Below are positions 47,984-56,811 of a stretch of DNA of 64,000 nucleotides, piece by piece (position 1 is the stretch's first letter; every line of letters begins with the position of its first letter). Both the position numbers and the translations under genes were made by a program. Source of the DNA: Methanobacteriota archaeon (GTDB taxonomy: Archaea > Undinarchaeota > Undinarchaeia > Undinarchaeales > Undinarchaeaceae); contig NZBN01000002.1 in the NCBI GenBank assembly GCA_002687935.1, positions 38,484 to 102,483 of the forward strand, written 5' to 3'. The notes beneath the pieces were generated by a model that searched no databases, was not told the DNA's origin, and worked only from the letters and a program-made list of their open reading frames with translations.

Positions 47984-50422
47984 TTGATAAGTGAAGTAAA
48001 AATTAAAAATTGGAAGTCTCACAAAGACTCTAGCTTTGAATTTTCAGACGGAGTGAACGCCATAATAGGGATAATGGGCAGTGGAAAAAGCTCTGTAATG
48101 GATGCAATATGCTTTGCATTCTTTGGAACTTATCCTGCTCTCAACCAGAGAAAACTCAAGATTGATGACCTTATTCGCAATAAGCCAAAGCAGGAAATAA
48201 GTTCAGAGCTCTATGTGAAATTCTTAGTTGGAAATGACGAGTATTCTGTCCTGAGACTATTAGAGAGGGGTAAAGGAACCACGAACTCCCGGCTTGAGAA
48301 AAATGGAGAGAGAATAGAGGGACCCAACGCACAAAGAGTGACTGAATATATAGAAAAGATTCTCAAAATAAACTATGAACTCTTTGTAAGAGCAGTATAT
48401 TCTGAACAGAACCAGATAGATTATTTCCTCAGCATTCCAAAAGGCAAGAGGAAGGACAAGATAGACCACCTTCTGGGAATGGATAAGTTTGAACATGCAC
48501 GGAAAAATTTGTCTTCAGTTTCATCGAGTCTTCTTCTTGAAGCCAGAAGCAAAAAGGAAGGTGCAAGCTCGATTTTTGATGTTATGGATGTAGATACCCT
48601 TGAAAGACTTGGAAAGGATGTGCAAAGAAGTGATGCGGAAATTGCAGAACTTGAGAAAGAACTTGAAACGGTCAAGCAGAAGGCTGTAGAAGCAGAGAGG
48701 AAAGTCCAGGAACTCGAAGAAAACCAGAAGCTTGCGAGCGAGATTTCCTCAAAGATTGAAAGACTCAGTGGAAAAGAAGAAACACTCAAAAAAGAACTTG
48801 GAGAATCCATAAATGAAAGGTCACGTGAGGAAATAGAAGAGGCACTTGAGGAAAACCAGGGAAAAATGAAGGCCTTAGCTGAGATTAAGCTAAGTGTGGA
48901 AAAGCTCTTACTTGAAAAAGCCGGACTCTCAGCAACAGTGGATATCTTGAATAGCGAATTGCGATTGATTAAAAACGAGATAAAGGAAACTCCAATTTCT
49001 GTAGAATCGCTTGAAGAACTAAAAAGCCTCGGAACTGCAGCATTTAAACGCACAGAAGAAGAGAGTAATCTTAAGGAAAGTGTTTCTGTGCTTGTGCAGG
49101 AATTTTCAGAAATGCGGAAGATTGAGGAGGTGCAGGAACTTCTTTCAGAACTTGAAAAGCAGGAGAATAAATTAAGAGTTGAAACCGATTATGCCAGACA
49201 TTTTCTTGAAAATGTAGAAGAAAGCGACAACTGTCCCCTCTGTAAAGCAGAAATTTCAGAAAAGACTAAAGAAGGTATAGAGACGGAACACAGTACAAAA
49301 CTGGGAAATTTTGAGAACAGTCTTTCAAAAATTAAAGAGGAGCACAGGCAGCTTACACTTGAATTTGATGTGCTTTCAAAAAAGAAAAACGAACTTGAGA
49401 AATTAAAGGCAATGCGAGAAGAAATTGAGGAAGCTAAAGAATCTAAACTAAAAATTCTTGAAATACATTTCATAAAAAAGAAGGATTTAGAAAGAGCAAT
49501 TGGAAAAACTGATTTGACTCTTGGTGAGCTTGAAAACAACTTGAAAGCTTCCCGAAAGAGTCTTGAGAAAAATGGAGCTGAGAAAATTGAAGAGGAAATC
49601 AAAATACTTGAAACAGCTCTGAAAAATATTAATTTGATAGAAGAGCTGAGGGAAATTTCAGCTGAAATTATCAAACTGAACGAAGAACTTAGAAAGCTCG
49701 GATTCAGTAGAGAAATCTACAAACTTGCACGAGAAGAGAGGCAGAAGCTCTTTATTACTGTTGAAAGGCTTTCTGCTTCGGCTGGAGCTATGAAGCAGGT
49801 TCTTTTGCAGAAAAAGATACAGATAGAAAGTCTTGAGAAGAAGAAGAACCTGCAGAAAGACCAGCTAACGGAAGCGGAAAAACTTGCAGAAATTACAGAT
49901 GCACTTGAGCTCTACAAAATTGCCCTCAAAAAAACCCAAGAATCACTCAGAAAAGAGTTTATTATAGTTGTAAACGATGTAATGGACGATATATGGGGAA
50001 CAATATACCCTTACCATGATATAAGTGGGGCAAGACTCTTTATTGAAGACGGGGATTACGTACTTCAGGTAAAAACTAGCACAGGATGGACAGAGGTAGA
50101 GGGTAAAATATCAGGAGGGGAACGCTCTGTTGCAATACTTGCTCTGAGAATAGCCTTTTCTCTCGCCCTTGCGCCGACGCTCAGCTGGCTGATTCTCGAC
50201 GAACCAACACATAATTTGGACACAAACGCAACGAATGAGCTTGCTACAGCTCTGAGAGAAAGACTGCCGAAACTTATAGACCAAATTTTCCTTATAACGC
50301 ACGAAGAAAGTCTTGAAAGCGCTGTGACAACATATCTTTATAAACTTGAACGAGATAAGAATGTAGATAGCGCCACAGAAGTTACTATGGCTACATCACC
50401 GGTGGAAAATGGGAATCACTGA
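47984..50422 (+). CDS. rad50: DNA repair ATPase Rad50
   Basis: GIMGSGKSS, zinc hook CPLC, coiled coils, ISGGER, LILDEPT. Confidence 0.93.
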   Translation: MISEVKIKNWKSHKDSSFEFSDGVNAIIGIMGSGKSSVMDAICFAFFGTYPALNQRKLKIDDLIRNKPKQEISSELYVKFLVGNDEYSVLRLLERGKGTTNSRLEKNGERIEGPNAQRVTEYIEKILKINYELFVRAVYSEQNQIDYFLSIPKGKRKDKIDHLLGMDKFEHARKNLSSVSSSLLLEARSKKEGASSIFDVMDVDTLERLGKDVQRSDAEIAELEKELETVKQKAVEAERKVQELEENQKLASEISSKIERLSGKEETLKKELGESINERSREEIEEALEENQGKMKALAEIKLSVEKLLLEKAGLSATVDILNSELRLIKNEIKETPISVESLEELKSLGTAAFKRTEEESNLKESVSVLVQEFSEMRKIEEVQELLSELEKQENKLRVETDYARHFLENVEESDNCPLCKAEISEKTKEGIETEHSTKLGNFENSLSKIKEEHRQLTLEFDVLSKKKNELEKLKAMREEIEEAKESKLKILEIHFIKKKDLERAIGKTDLTLGELENNLKASRKSLEKNGAEKIEEEIKILETALKNINLIEELREISAEIIKLNEELRKLGFSREIYKLAREERQKLFITVERLSASAGAMKQVLLQKKIQIESLEKKKNLQKDQLTEAEKLAEITDALELYKIALKKTQESLRKEFIIVVNDVMDDIWGTIYPYHDISGARLFIEDGDYVLQVKTSTGWTEVEGKISGGERSVAILALRIAFSLALAPTLSWLILDEPTHNLDTNATNELATALRERLPKLIDQIFLITHEESLESAVTTYLYKLERDKNVDSATEVTMATSPVENGNH

Positions 50423-51212
50423 ATTCATACAAACATATTTCATAAATCCTCTTACTGTCAATCCTGACGGTCCGTATAATATTTACAATACAATAACTTA
50501 TGGAATACTTCTTGCAGTCGCTGTGTATTACTTGTACGGATTCTTGAATAATATGAAAATGGAATTTGACGGACGCTTTTTTATTGCTACAATTCCTTTT
50601 ATAGCACTGGCGGCCGTTCTTCGGGTTCTGAGAGATGGAAATATACTTGAGAGTGTCTGGCTTGTGAGTCCGTTGATATATGTTTCAGTGTTTATAATGA
50701 CAGTAATTCCTCTTGTAGGCTCCTTCCTTGTAGAAAGGAAAAATCCGCGCTTAAAGTATCACGTTGTAACTTTCACACTAGGAGTGGGACTGGTCTTCGT
50801 CTTCGGAAGTCTGCTTTCCGTTGTTAATGTATTAGGAGCGGCAAAAATATTTGGTCTTGGTCTCGCGGCTTCAGGGTTTATTTTCCTTGGCTCTACTCTC
50901 TTGAAAAGTGAGTTCTTCAGCAAAATAAATCTGGGTATACTCTACGCAGCTATGTTTGACGCCGCATCAACATACATTGGAGTAGCTCAATATGGCTACT
51001 TCGAGAAGCACGTTCTTCCAAACCTCCTCTTTGAAATCTTTGGACCATGGGCAATGTTCCCTCTAAAGCTAATTGTACTTGGAGCAATTCTATACATACT
51101 TGATAAATATGAAGATGACAAAAATTTCAACAACTTCATAAAATTCGCAATACTTGTACTGACACTGGCTCCCGCTTTCAGAAACACTCTAAGACTTTTA
51201 GTCGGAGTATGA
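50409..51212 (+). CDS. DUF63-like archaeal membrane protein
   Basis: YNIYNTITYG, MFDAASTYIG...YFEKHVLP, LAPAFRNTLR. Confidence 0.8.
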   Translation: MGITEFIQTYFINPLTVNPDGPYNIYNTITYGILLAVAVYYLYGFLNNMKMEFDGRFFIATIPFIALAAVLRVLRDGNILESVWLVSPLIYVSVFIMTVIPLVGSFLVERKNPRLKYHVVTFTLGVGLVFVFGSLLSVVNVLGAAKIFGLGLAASGFIFLGSTLLKSEFFSKINLGILYAAMFDAASTYIGVAQYGYFEKHVLPNLLFEIFGPWAMFPLKLIVLGAILYILDKYEDDKNFNNFIKFAILVLTLAPAFRNTLRLLVGV

Positions 51213-51234
51213 AAATTCAATAAATTGAACTGAA

Positions 51235-52893
51235 TTACATCATTGAACGTATATCTTCACGCTTTTTCTTTCCCTGACAGCCAGCGCAGACCTTGTCAGA
51301 AGAAAATGTCTTCTTAGTACTGCACTTTTTGCAGAGTTCAGAGTTTGTATCGAGCCACTCTGCAATATGTGGAAATTTAACAGGAAGAGCAAAATTAAAG
51401 GAGCCTGTTGAAACAAAAACACCCTCTCCTTTTTCATAATATGGTATTTTGTCAACTAACTCACCCATATAAGGAGTTGTCTCAGTAAGTGCTCTGGCGT
51501 CCTTTGGAATTAACTGAAGAGTTATTTTATTATGTATCTGCTTGAGAACCCGCTGATCTATACCGCTTGGATCCTGTTCAACAACGATGGTGAACACTTT
51601 GAATTTCCTTCCTTCCTTTGCTATCTTTGCAATTGTATTTCCTTTTGAAGACTCTTCCTGAGAGAGGTAGTTGTGAGCTTCTTCTATTAAAACACCGGCC
51701 GGTTTGTAACTTTCCCAAGCCTTCCTGTCACTCAGTGAGGCTTTTTTATATGCATTGAAAAGTTTGTATGAAAATAGCGAACTCAGCAACTTGGTTGTGT
51801 CATCTGAAATTCTGCTAACATCAAGAACATACCAGCGCCCTTTTGTTGTACCTTCAATAACATCTTCAATAAGTGGATAATATTCCTCCAGCCAGACATC
51901 ACTGTCTTCACGTATTATTCCCCGGACTCGGCGCTTAACAGCACCTATAATTGCATCTCCTTTGGACTGTTGACCATAATCAGGAAGTGCCCGCATCAAG
52001 AGAGAAGTGTCACAATTTAGAATCATATCAATCCAGTTCTTTGCCTTTTCCAGAATTTCCTTCTGTGCTAGAACCTCATCTTCCGAGCCTGAAGGACCAT
52101 TAAGATTTAAATTCCGGTGAAGCTTCCAGCAAGCCCACATAAAGGGAATTTGAGTTTCAGAGGCGAAATCCTTTACTTCGCACAAATCAGTAGGAGTCAA
52201 GATATTAAGAGGAATGTGAAGTGCTTTTTCATTTTCATCACTTGAATCAGGAGACATAGTCAGGTGCACAATACGGGTGTCATTAGGTGTATTGAAAGCC
52301 TTCAAATCACGATAGTACTCCCCATGGGGGTCTATAACGATTCCCCCGGCAAAAGGCGAGTTTCCATCTCCCTTAAGTGTCACTCCGAGAAGGATTTTAG
52401 TCGAATTTGTTTTTCCGGAATTAGTCCATCCGCTGACAAGCCAGTGGGTTACATATGCATCTTTCTCAAAACCAACTTTTGTCTCCAGTTTCTGGCTTCC
52501 TGAGCGGACGTGGGCAAAGTCGAGTTTTGGCAACTGAAGAATATCAAAATCACTTTCCTCAAGTTCGTAAATTCCGCTACCGTGCCTTGGAATGGTCTTA
52601 TAGCCAACTATCTTGGAATTTCCCTCTTTTCTGTATTCAAGAAGAACAGAAGCTTGCCCATAGAGAAGAAATCTTTCACCGAAATCGAAGTCGAAACCTG
52701 CAGGAGAATACCGTGAGCCGACATCTGGCTCAAGAGGTTGTTCTGAAAGACTTGTTACAAAAATATAGAAAATTTTATCTCCGCTAACAACCTTGTAAAA
52801 ACCTTCCTCTTCAACAAAATTCTCACGCTCGACGAAGAAGTACAGCCTTCTCTTTGCCCCGTCAAAATAGTCAACAGATCCGACTTTTTCCAT
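51235..52893 (-). CDS. herA: HerA helicase (FtsK/HerA ATPase)
   Basis: GWTNSGKT, IVIDPHGEY, IEEAHNYL, IAKEGRKF, Q-x-P-S motif; paired with nurA. Confidence 0.88.
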   Translation of the reverse strand: MEKVGSVDYFDGAKRRLYFFVERENFVEEEGFYKVVSGDKIFYIFVTSLSEQPLEPDVGSRYSPAGFDFDFGERFLLYGQASVLLEYRKEGNSKIVGYKTIPRHGSGIYELEESDFDILQLPKLDFAHVRSGSQKLETKVGFEKDAYVTHWLVSGWTNSGKTNSTKILLGVTLKGDGNSPFAGGIVIDPHGEYYRDLKAFNTPNDTRIVHLTMSPDSSDENEKALHIPLNILTPTDLCEVKDFASETQIPFMWACWKLHRNLNLNGPSGSEDEVLAQKEILEKAKNWIDMILNCDTSLLMRALPDYGQQSKGDAIIGAVKRRVRGIIREDSDVWLEEYYPLIEDVIEGTTKGRWYVLDVSRISDDTTKLLSSLFSYKLFNAYKKASLSDRKAWESYKPAGVLIEEAHNYLSQEESSKGNTIAKIAKEGRKFKVFTIVVEQDPSGIDQRVLKQIHNKITLQLIPKDARALTETTPYMGELVDKIPYYEKGEGVFVSTGSFNFALPVKFPHIAEWLDTNSELCKKCSTKKTFSSDKVCAGCQGKKKREDIRSMM

Positions 52894-52926
52894 TATAATC
52901 GCTATACTAAAGGGATTTATAAATAA

Positions 52927-53889
52927 TTAGCTCTGGTCCCGCATTTTGTCATACCACTCGGCGTGGTGTAGATCCTCTTTTAGCCTCTCATATGCGTTTG
53001 TATTGCCTTCTCTGAGTTCCTTTTTGATAAAACGCCTTAATTTGTCCTTTGTACCGCGGCGCATAACAGCATCGCTGTGCACCGCACCAAGAGGATAAGG
53101 ATAGGCACCATATTTTGAGTCCAATGCGCAGATTCCCACTTTTCGCATGCAATCTACAACATTATTTTCAGAAAAGTCATTAGGAAAGTCCAGCCTGAAT
53201 ACAACAGAATTCTTTCTGAAAGTGCCGAAGGAGATTTGAGAAGGAGCTCTTTCAGGATAATTTCTTACAATAGGATAGGTGAACCAAGGTACTGAATCCT
53301 TTTCGTATTCCTTTGCCTTCTTTGCCATGAAGGACTGCGCAGAATATCCGCCAATCGTGTGAAAAGTCCTCTTTGAGACAGCCATTGTATTTCTGTGTTT
53401 ATCGAGTATAGGAAGCGTTTCTCTTTCTATACTTCCGTCGATTAAGAGTAAGTCGCTTTCATCAATTAAGTCCAGTTTTCCAAGAATAAACTCAGTTTCC
53501 TTTGTTTTCAGAAGGGAGCCGTTCTCAAAGTCCTTGTAGGATTCAAAACCTTCAGAAGGATTGTTGGAGAGCAGAAAAAGGCCGTGTTGAAGGTCTTTGT
53601 TTATCTCTACAGTTGTGCAGGTCTTTTCTTCCAAGTTAACTTGAAACTGCCTGAAGGCAAGTTTGTAATAAGCGAAACCGATAGTGGGGGTTTCATAAAT
53701 CATAAGAGAGCCGCCGTCGAAAGCGGCCAGTTTGAAGTCCTTCGGGGCTTCGTAGGGCTCGTAGGCGCTGAAAAGCTCAGGACTTACAGGATTCAGGTCA
53801 TATTTGGAGATTCCCTGGCCTGACTGCATAATAGAGCTGTCCATATCCGAACTCTTTGCAAAATCCAGACTCTTTATTAGATCTTTCAT
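52927..53889 (-). CDS. nurA: NurA nuclease
   Basis: AFDGG, LIDGS, AVSK, YPYPLGAVH. Confidence 0.85.
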   Translation of the reverse strand: MKDLIKSLDFAKSSDMDSSIMQSGQGISKYDLNPVSPELFSAYEPYEAPKDFKLAAFDGGSLMIYETPTIGFAYYKLAFRQFQVNLEEKTCTTVEINKDLQHGLFLLSNNPSEGFESYKDFENGSLLKTKETEFILGKLDLIDESDLLLIDGSIERETLPILDKHRNTMAVSKRTFHTIGGYSAQSFMAKKAKEYEKDSVPWFTYPIVRNYPERAPSQISFGTFRKNSVVFRLDFPNDFSENNVVDCMRKVGICALDSKYGAYPYPLGAVHSDAVMRRGTKDKLRRFIKKELREGNTNAYERLKEDLHHAEWYDKMRDQS

Positions 53890-53933
53890 AAAATGTCTTA
53901 GACTAGATTAAATAAATAAGTCTCTATGGTCTT

Positions 53934-55091
53934 CTATTTAAATAATAGTCCTCTCCAGCCTTTAGGTCTTGGAGGAGCTACCGGAGCCGGCTCTTCAGGC
54001 TTAGAAAGCTCGTGCATCTCATTGACGAACTTAGCCATAATAAGTGCCAATATTTTATGATGAACTGCATAAACTCGCCATGGTTCGAATACCAACCTTA
54101 CAAATTCCTTTATTTTTGGTGAGAGTTCATCTATCTCATCATCTTCAAATTCATTAATAACCTGATTCCTCTTCCTTCCAGGTCTCTTTGTTGCATTTTG
54201 AACAAGTGAAGTTATTGTATCTGCATCATGATCTTTTATAGTATCCCATACTCTGTTAACAGTGGCTAAGTAAGTATCTACATCAGTAATAACATCCTTA
54301 GTTGGCTGAATCATGTCAGATATTACACCCTCTACCTTGCTGAAGTTCTCCCTATCCTGAGCTGTTCTGAAAGACCTTTCATTTGAGGCAATGTTGTGAT
54401 ACCAGTGATGTAGATGAGCCCCAACCGTATCCACAGTTGTTATCCTATCTCCCCCTCTTGGAACCCGTCCAGCTGTAGTTTCAACAAAATTTCCTATATC
54501 CTCTGCATGTGCCTGGTTGAAAACTGCCCACAAATATGCGTGTAAAGCACGTGTAAATCTTTTGACTTTTTCAATATCTTCTTGTTTTCCACGTGTTTTT
54601 CTAAGCTTAAATTGAAGGTCTTTGTTATCTGACAATTTATTGTAAATTTCCTGAACTAAATTCAACATACGTACTTCTTCATACATTTCCGGATCATAAA
54701 TCGGAGGCTCTTCATTAGTTACATCCTCTTTGATGAAAGGCCAGATATGATCTTTGAAAGCACGCGTCAACTCTATCTTATTCCAAAGAGCATTCGGAAC
54801 TTTTGCAATTGCTTTTGAATGGTATAAAGCAAGTGCCCAGGTATTGTCAAAACTGAGTTTCCAGTTCTCATTCACTTCATTAAAATCCTTTTCACTGAAC
54901 CAGTCGATAATCTGCTCTTCATCTTGGCCAGACACATTGGTATATTCAAGGTCTCCAAGTCCATCTACTTTTCCTGCAACAGCTTCAAATAAAGGAGTCT
55001 TAGAGTCGCTTTTACTTAACTTGTCAAATTTTCGCGTCAAGTTATTTTCTATTTTTACTCTTGCATCACGAGAAACTCTTGTATCAGCCAT
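53934..55091 (-). CDS. Hypothetical protein, paralog A of an unrecognised domain
   Basis: 385-aa ORF similar over its length to the C-terminal part of the adjacent ORF. Confidence 0.8.
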   Translation of the reverse strand: MADTRVSRDARVKIENNLTRKFDKLSKSDSKTPLFEAVAGKVDGLGDLEYTNVSGQDEEQIIDWFSEKDFNEVNENWKLSFDNTWALALYHSKAIAKVPNALWNKIELTRAFKDHIWPFIKEDVTNEEPPIYDPEMYEEVRMLNLVQEIYNKLSDNKDLQFKLRKTRGKQEDIEKVKRFTRALHAYLWAVFNQAHAEDIGNFVETTAGRVPRGGDRITTVDTVGAHLHHWYHNIASNERSFRTAQDRENFSKVEGVISDMIQPTKDVITDVDTYLATVNRVWDTIKDHDADTITSLVQNATKRPGRKRNQVINEFEDDEIDELSPKIKEFVRLVFEPWRVYAVHHKILALIMAKFVNEMHELSKPEEPAPVAPPRPKGWRGLLFK

Positions 55092-55125
55092 AGTAGTTTT
55101 TTATGAGGAATATAGTATTTAAATA

Positions 55126-56733
55126 TTATGCACCTTCACGCGAGAGCACAGACATATGCATCATGAACTTAATCATCAGAACTGCAAGAATTTTTTCATA
55201 AGCGACAAGCTCTATCCAGCGCCTGAACAAAACATTGGAAAAATTGTGAACATCCTTAACAAGTACATCGAGCTCTTCGTCCGTAAACATATAGTCTATT
55301 TCATTACCCGTTCTTCCAGGTCGAGAGCTTGCATCTTTTATTATTTGTTTAATGGTTTCATCATCGTGCTCGGCGACCACTTTAGCAAGATTTAGTACAA
55401 CTCTTGAATACTTGTCAACATCAGTTTTTACTGATGACAGATCAGAAGACTGGTCAGATATTGTTCCTCTGACTCTAGAAAAGTTTTTCAAACTCAGAGC
55501 ATTCCTGAATGCTCTTTCATTTGCATCGATTGTATGATACCAGCGATGTAGATGAGCTCCAATTGTATCTACAGTAGTTATTCTGTCTCCTCGCGGAACC
55601 CGTCCATGTGTCGCCTCTACAAAATCTCCAATATCCTGTGCGTGTGCTCGTATGAAAACATCCCAGAGGTAAGATTGGAGAGCGTGTGTGAATTTTGGAT
55701 AAAAGACACTCGGTTTATTATTAAAAATGTCTTTTTTAGTCTTAATTTTATCATAAGTCCCACGCACCTCATGCTTGTTATAGACTTTTAGCATTTGCTC
55801 TATGTTTTTAATATCGACAGCTTCTGGTTCATATATTGGTTTCTTCTTATTAAGCACATCCTCTTTGATGAAGGGCCAGATGTTATCTTTGAAAGCCCGA
55901 GTAAGTTCTATTTTATCCCATAAATCATCAGGTACTTTTGCAATCGCTTTAGAATAATATAGAGAAAACGCCCACAAATAAGGAAATTCCCTAGTCTTAG
56001 TGAAGCCTCTGACACTTGACCTCGCACGTCTTGCCTTCCTTCCAATCTGCCAAGCCTCATCAATTTCTTCAAAGTCTTTTTCAATAAAATGTAGAGAGAT
56101 ATCCTGATCGTCTTTATTAAAAACATTCCTATAGTTGAGATAAAGTTTTTCATCTGAATTATCACAAGAACCCCTGACGAGTTCAAACAAAGGATTTTTA
56201 TTTTGCCCATTTAAGGAATTCCATTTTACATTTACATAATTCTCAACTTTTACAAGATTATCATAATCAAGAAAGGCTGCATCATACCTGACAGCTCCTC
56301 TTTCTGCTGGAACCTCAGGTATTGCATCAGCTGGAACAGGAACCTCGTCATCTTCTCCAGCATCGTCATCTTCTCCAGCAAGGGGGATTTCAGGTGCTCC
56401 TCCAGGATCTCTGCGCCTTGCACGCCACCTTCCAATTCCACCAAGTCCCTTTTTCCCTAAAAGTAAAAGTAAAAGTACTGCAGCAATAAGCAAAATAATG
56501 CCCATTCCTCCGCCAGCCCCTCCAGCTCCGCCTCCGCCAGCGCCGGCAGAAACTCCTCCGCCTCCGCCGCCACCGGAGCTTATGGAGCCTATACCTGCGC
56601 CTATAGCAGAATAAATACCAATATCAAAGCCTTTATCCACTGCGAAAATTAGACCGCCAACAACAAGAACTATTATAGTTACCTTGATTCCAAGTTTAAT
56701 CCTCTTTTTTGCATCTTCTGCAGCGGAACTCAT
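55126..56733 (-). CDS. Hypothetical membrane-anchored protein, paralog B (TM - Gly-rich loop - TM - acidic linker - shared domain)
   Basis: Two hydrophobic helices flanking SSGGGGGGGVSAGAGGGGAGGAGGG; then the shared domain. Confidence 0.8.
   Translation of the reverse strand: MSSAAEDAKKRIKLGIKVTIIVLVVGGLIFAVDKGFDIGIYSAIGAGIGSISSGGGGGGGVSAGAGGGGAGGAGGGMGIILLIAAVLLLLLLGKKGLGGIGRWRARRRDPGGAPEIPLAGEDDDAGEDDEVPVPADAIPEVPAERGAVRYDAAFLDYDNLVKVENYVNVKWNSLNGQNKNPLFELVRGSCDNSDEKLYLNYRNVFNKDDQDISLHFIEKDFEEIDEAWQIGRKARRARSSVRGFTKTREFPYLWAFSLYYSKAIAKVPDDLWDKIELTRAFKDNIWPFIKEDVLNKKKPIYEPEAVDIKNIEQMLKVYNKHEVRGTYDKIKTKKDIFNNKPSVFYPKFTHALQSYLWDVFIRAHAQDIGDFVEATHGRVPRGDRITTVDTIGAHLHRWYHTIDANERAFRNALSLKNFSRVRGTISDQSSDLSSVKTDVDKYSRVVLNLAKVVAEHDDETIKQIIKDASSRPGRTGNEIDYMFTDEELDVLVKDVHNFSNVLFRRWIELVAYEKILAVLMIKFMMHMSVLSREGA
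56345..56380. repeat. Perfect 18-bp tandem duplication in acidic linker
   Basis: TCGTCATCTTCTCCAGCA x2, encoding AGEDDD/AGEDDE on the - strand. Confidence 0.95.
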
Positions 56734-56811
56734 GAAAACTATGTGGAAACTCTTTTATTTATAATTGGCGAATTAACAATATATAAAAGGAACAGCAAGG
56801 AGTGTTAAAAG

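Noticed and set aside
48421-49674. Long antisense ORFs (210 aa and 161 aa) opposite rad50
   Set aside because: Ser/Phe/Leu-rich mirror of Glu/Lys coiled-coil codons, typical shadow ORFs; the same applies to the many short ORFs nested within larger genes in the track
56500-56600. GC-rich low-complexity tract as foreign DNA or an RNA element
   Set aside because: Fully explained by Gly/Ala codons of the poly-Gly loop in ORF 55126-56733
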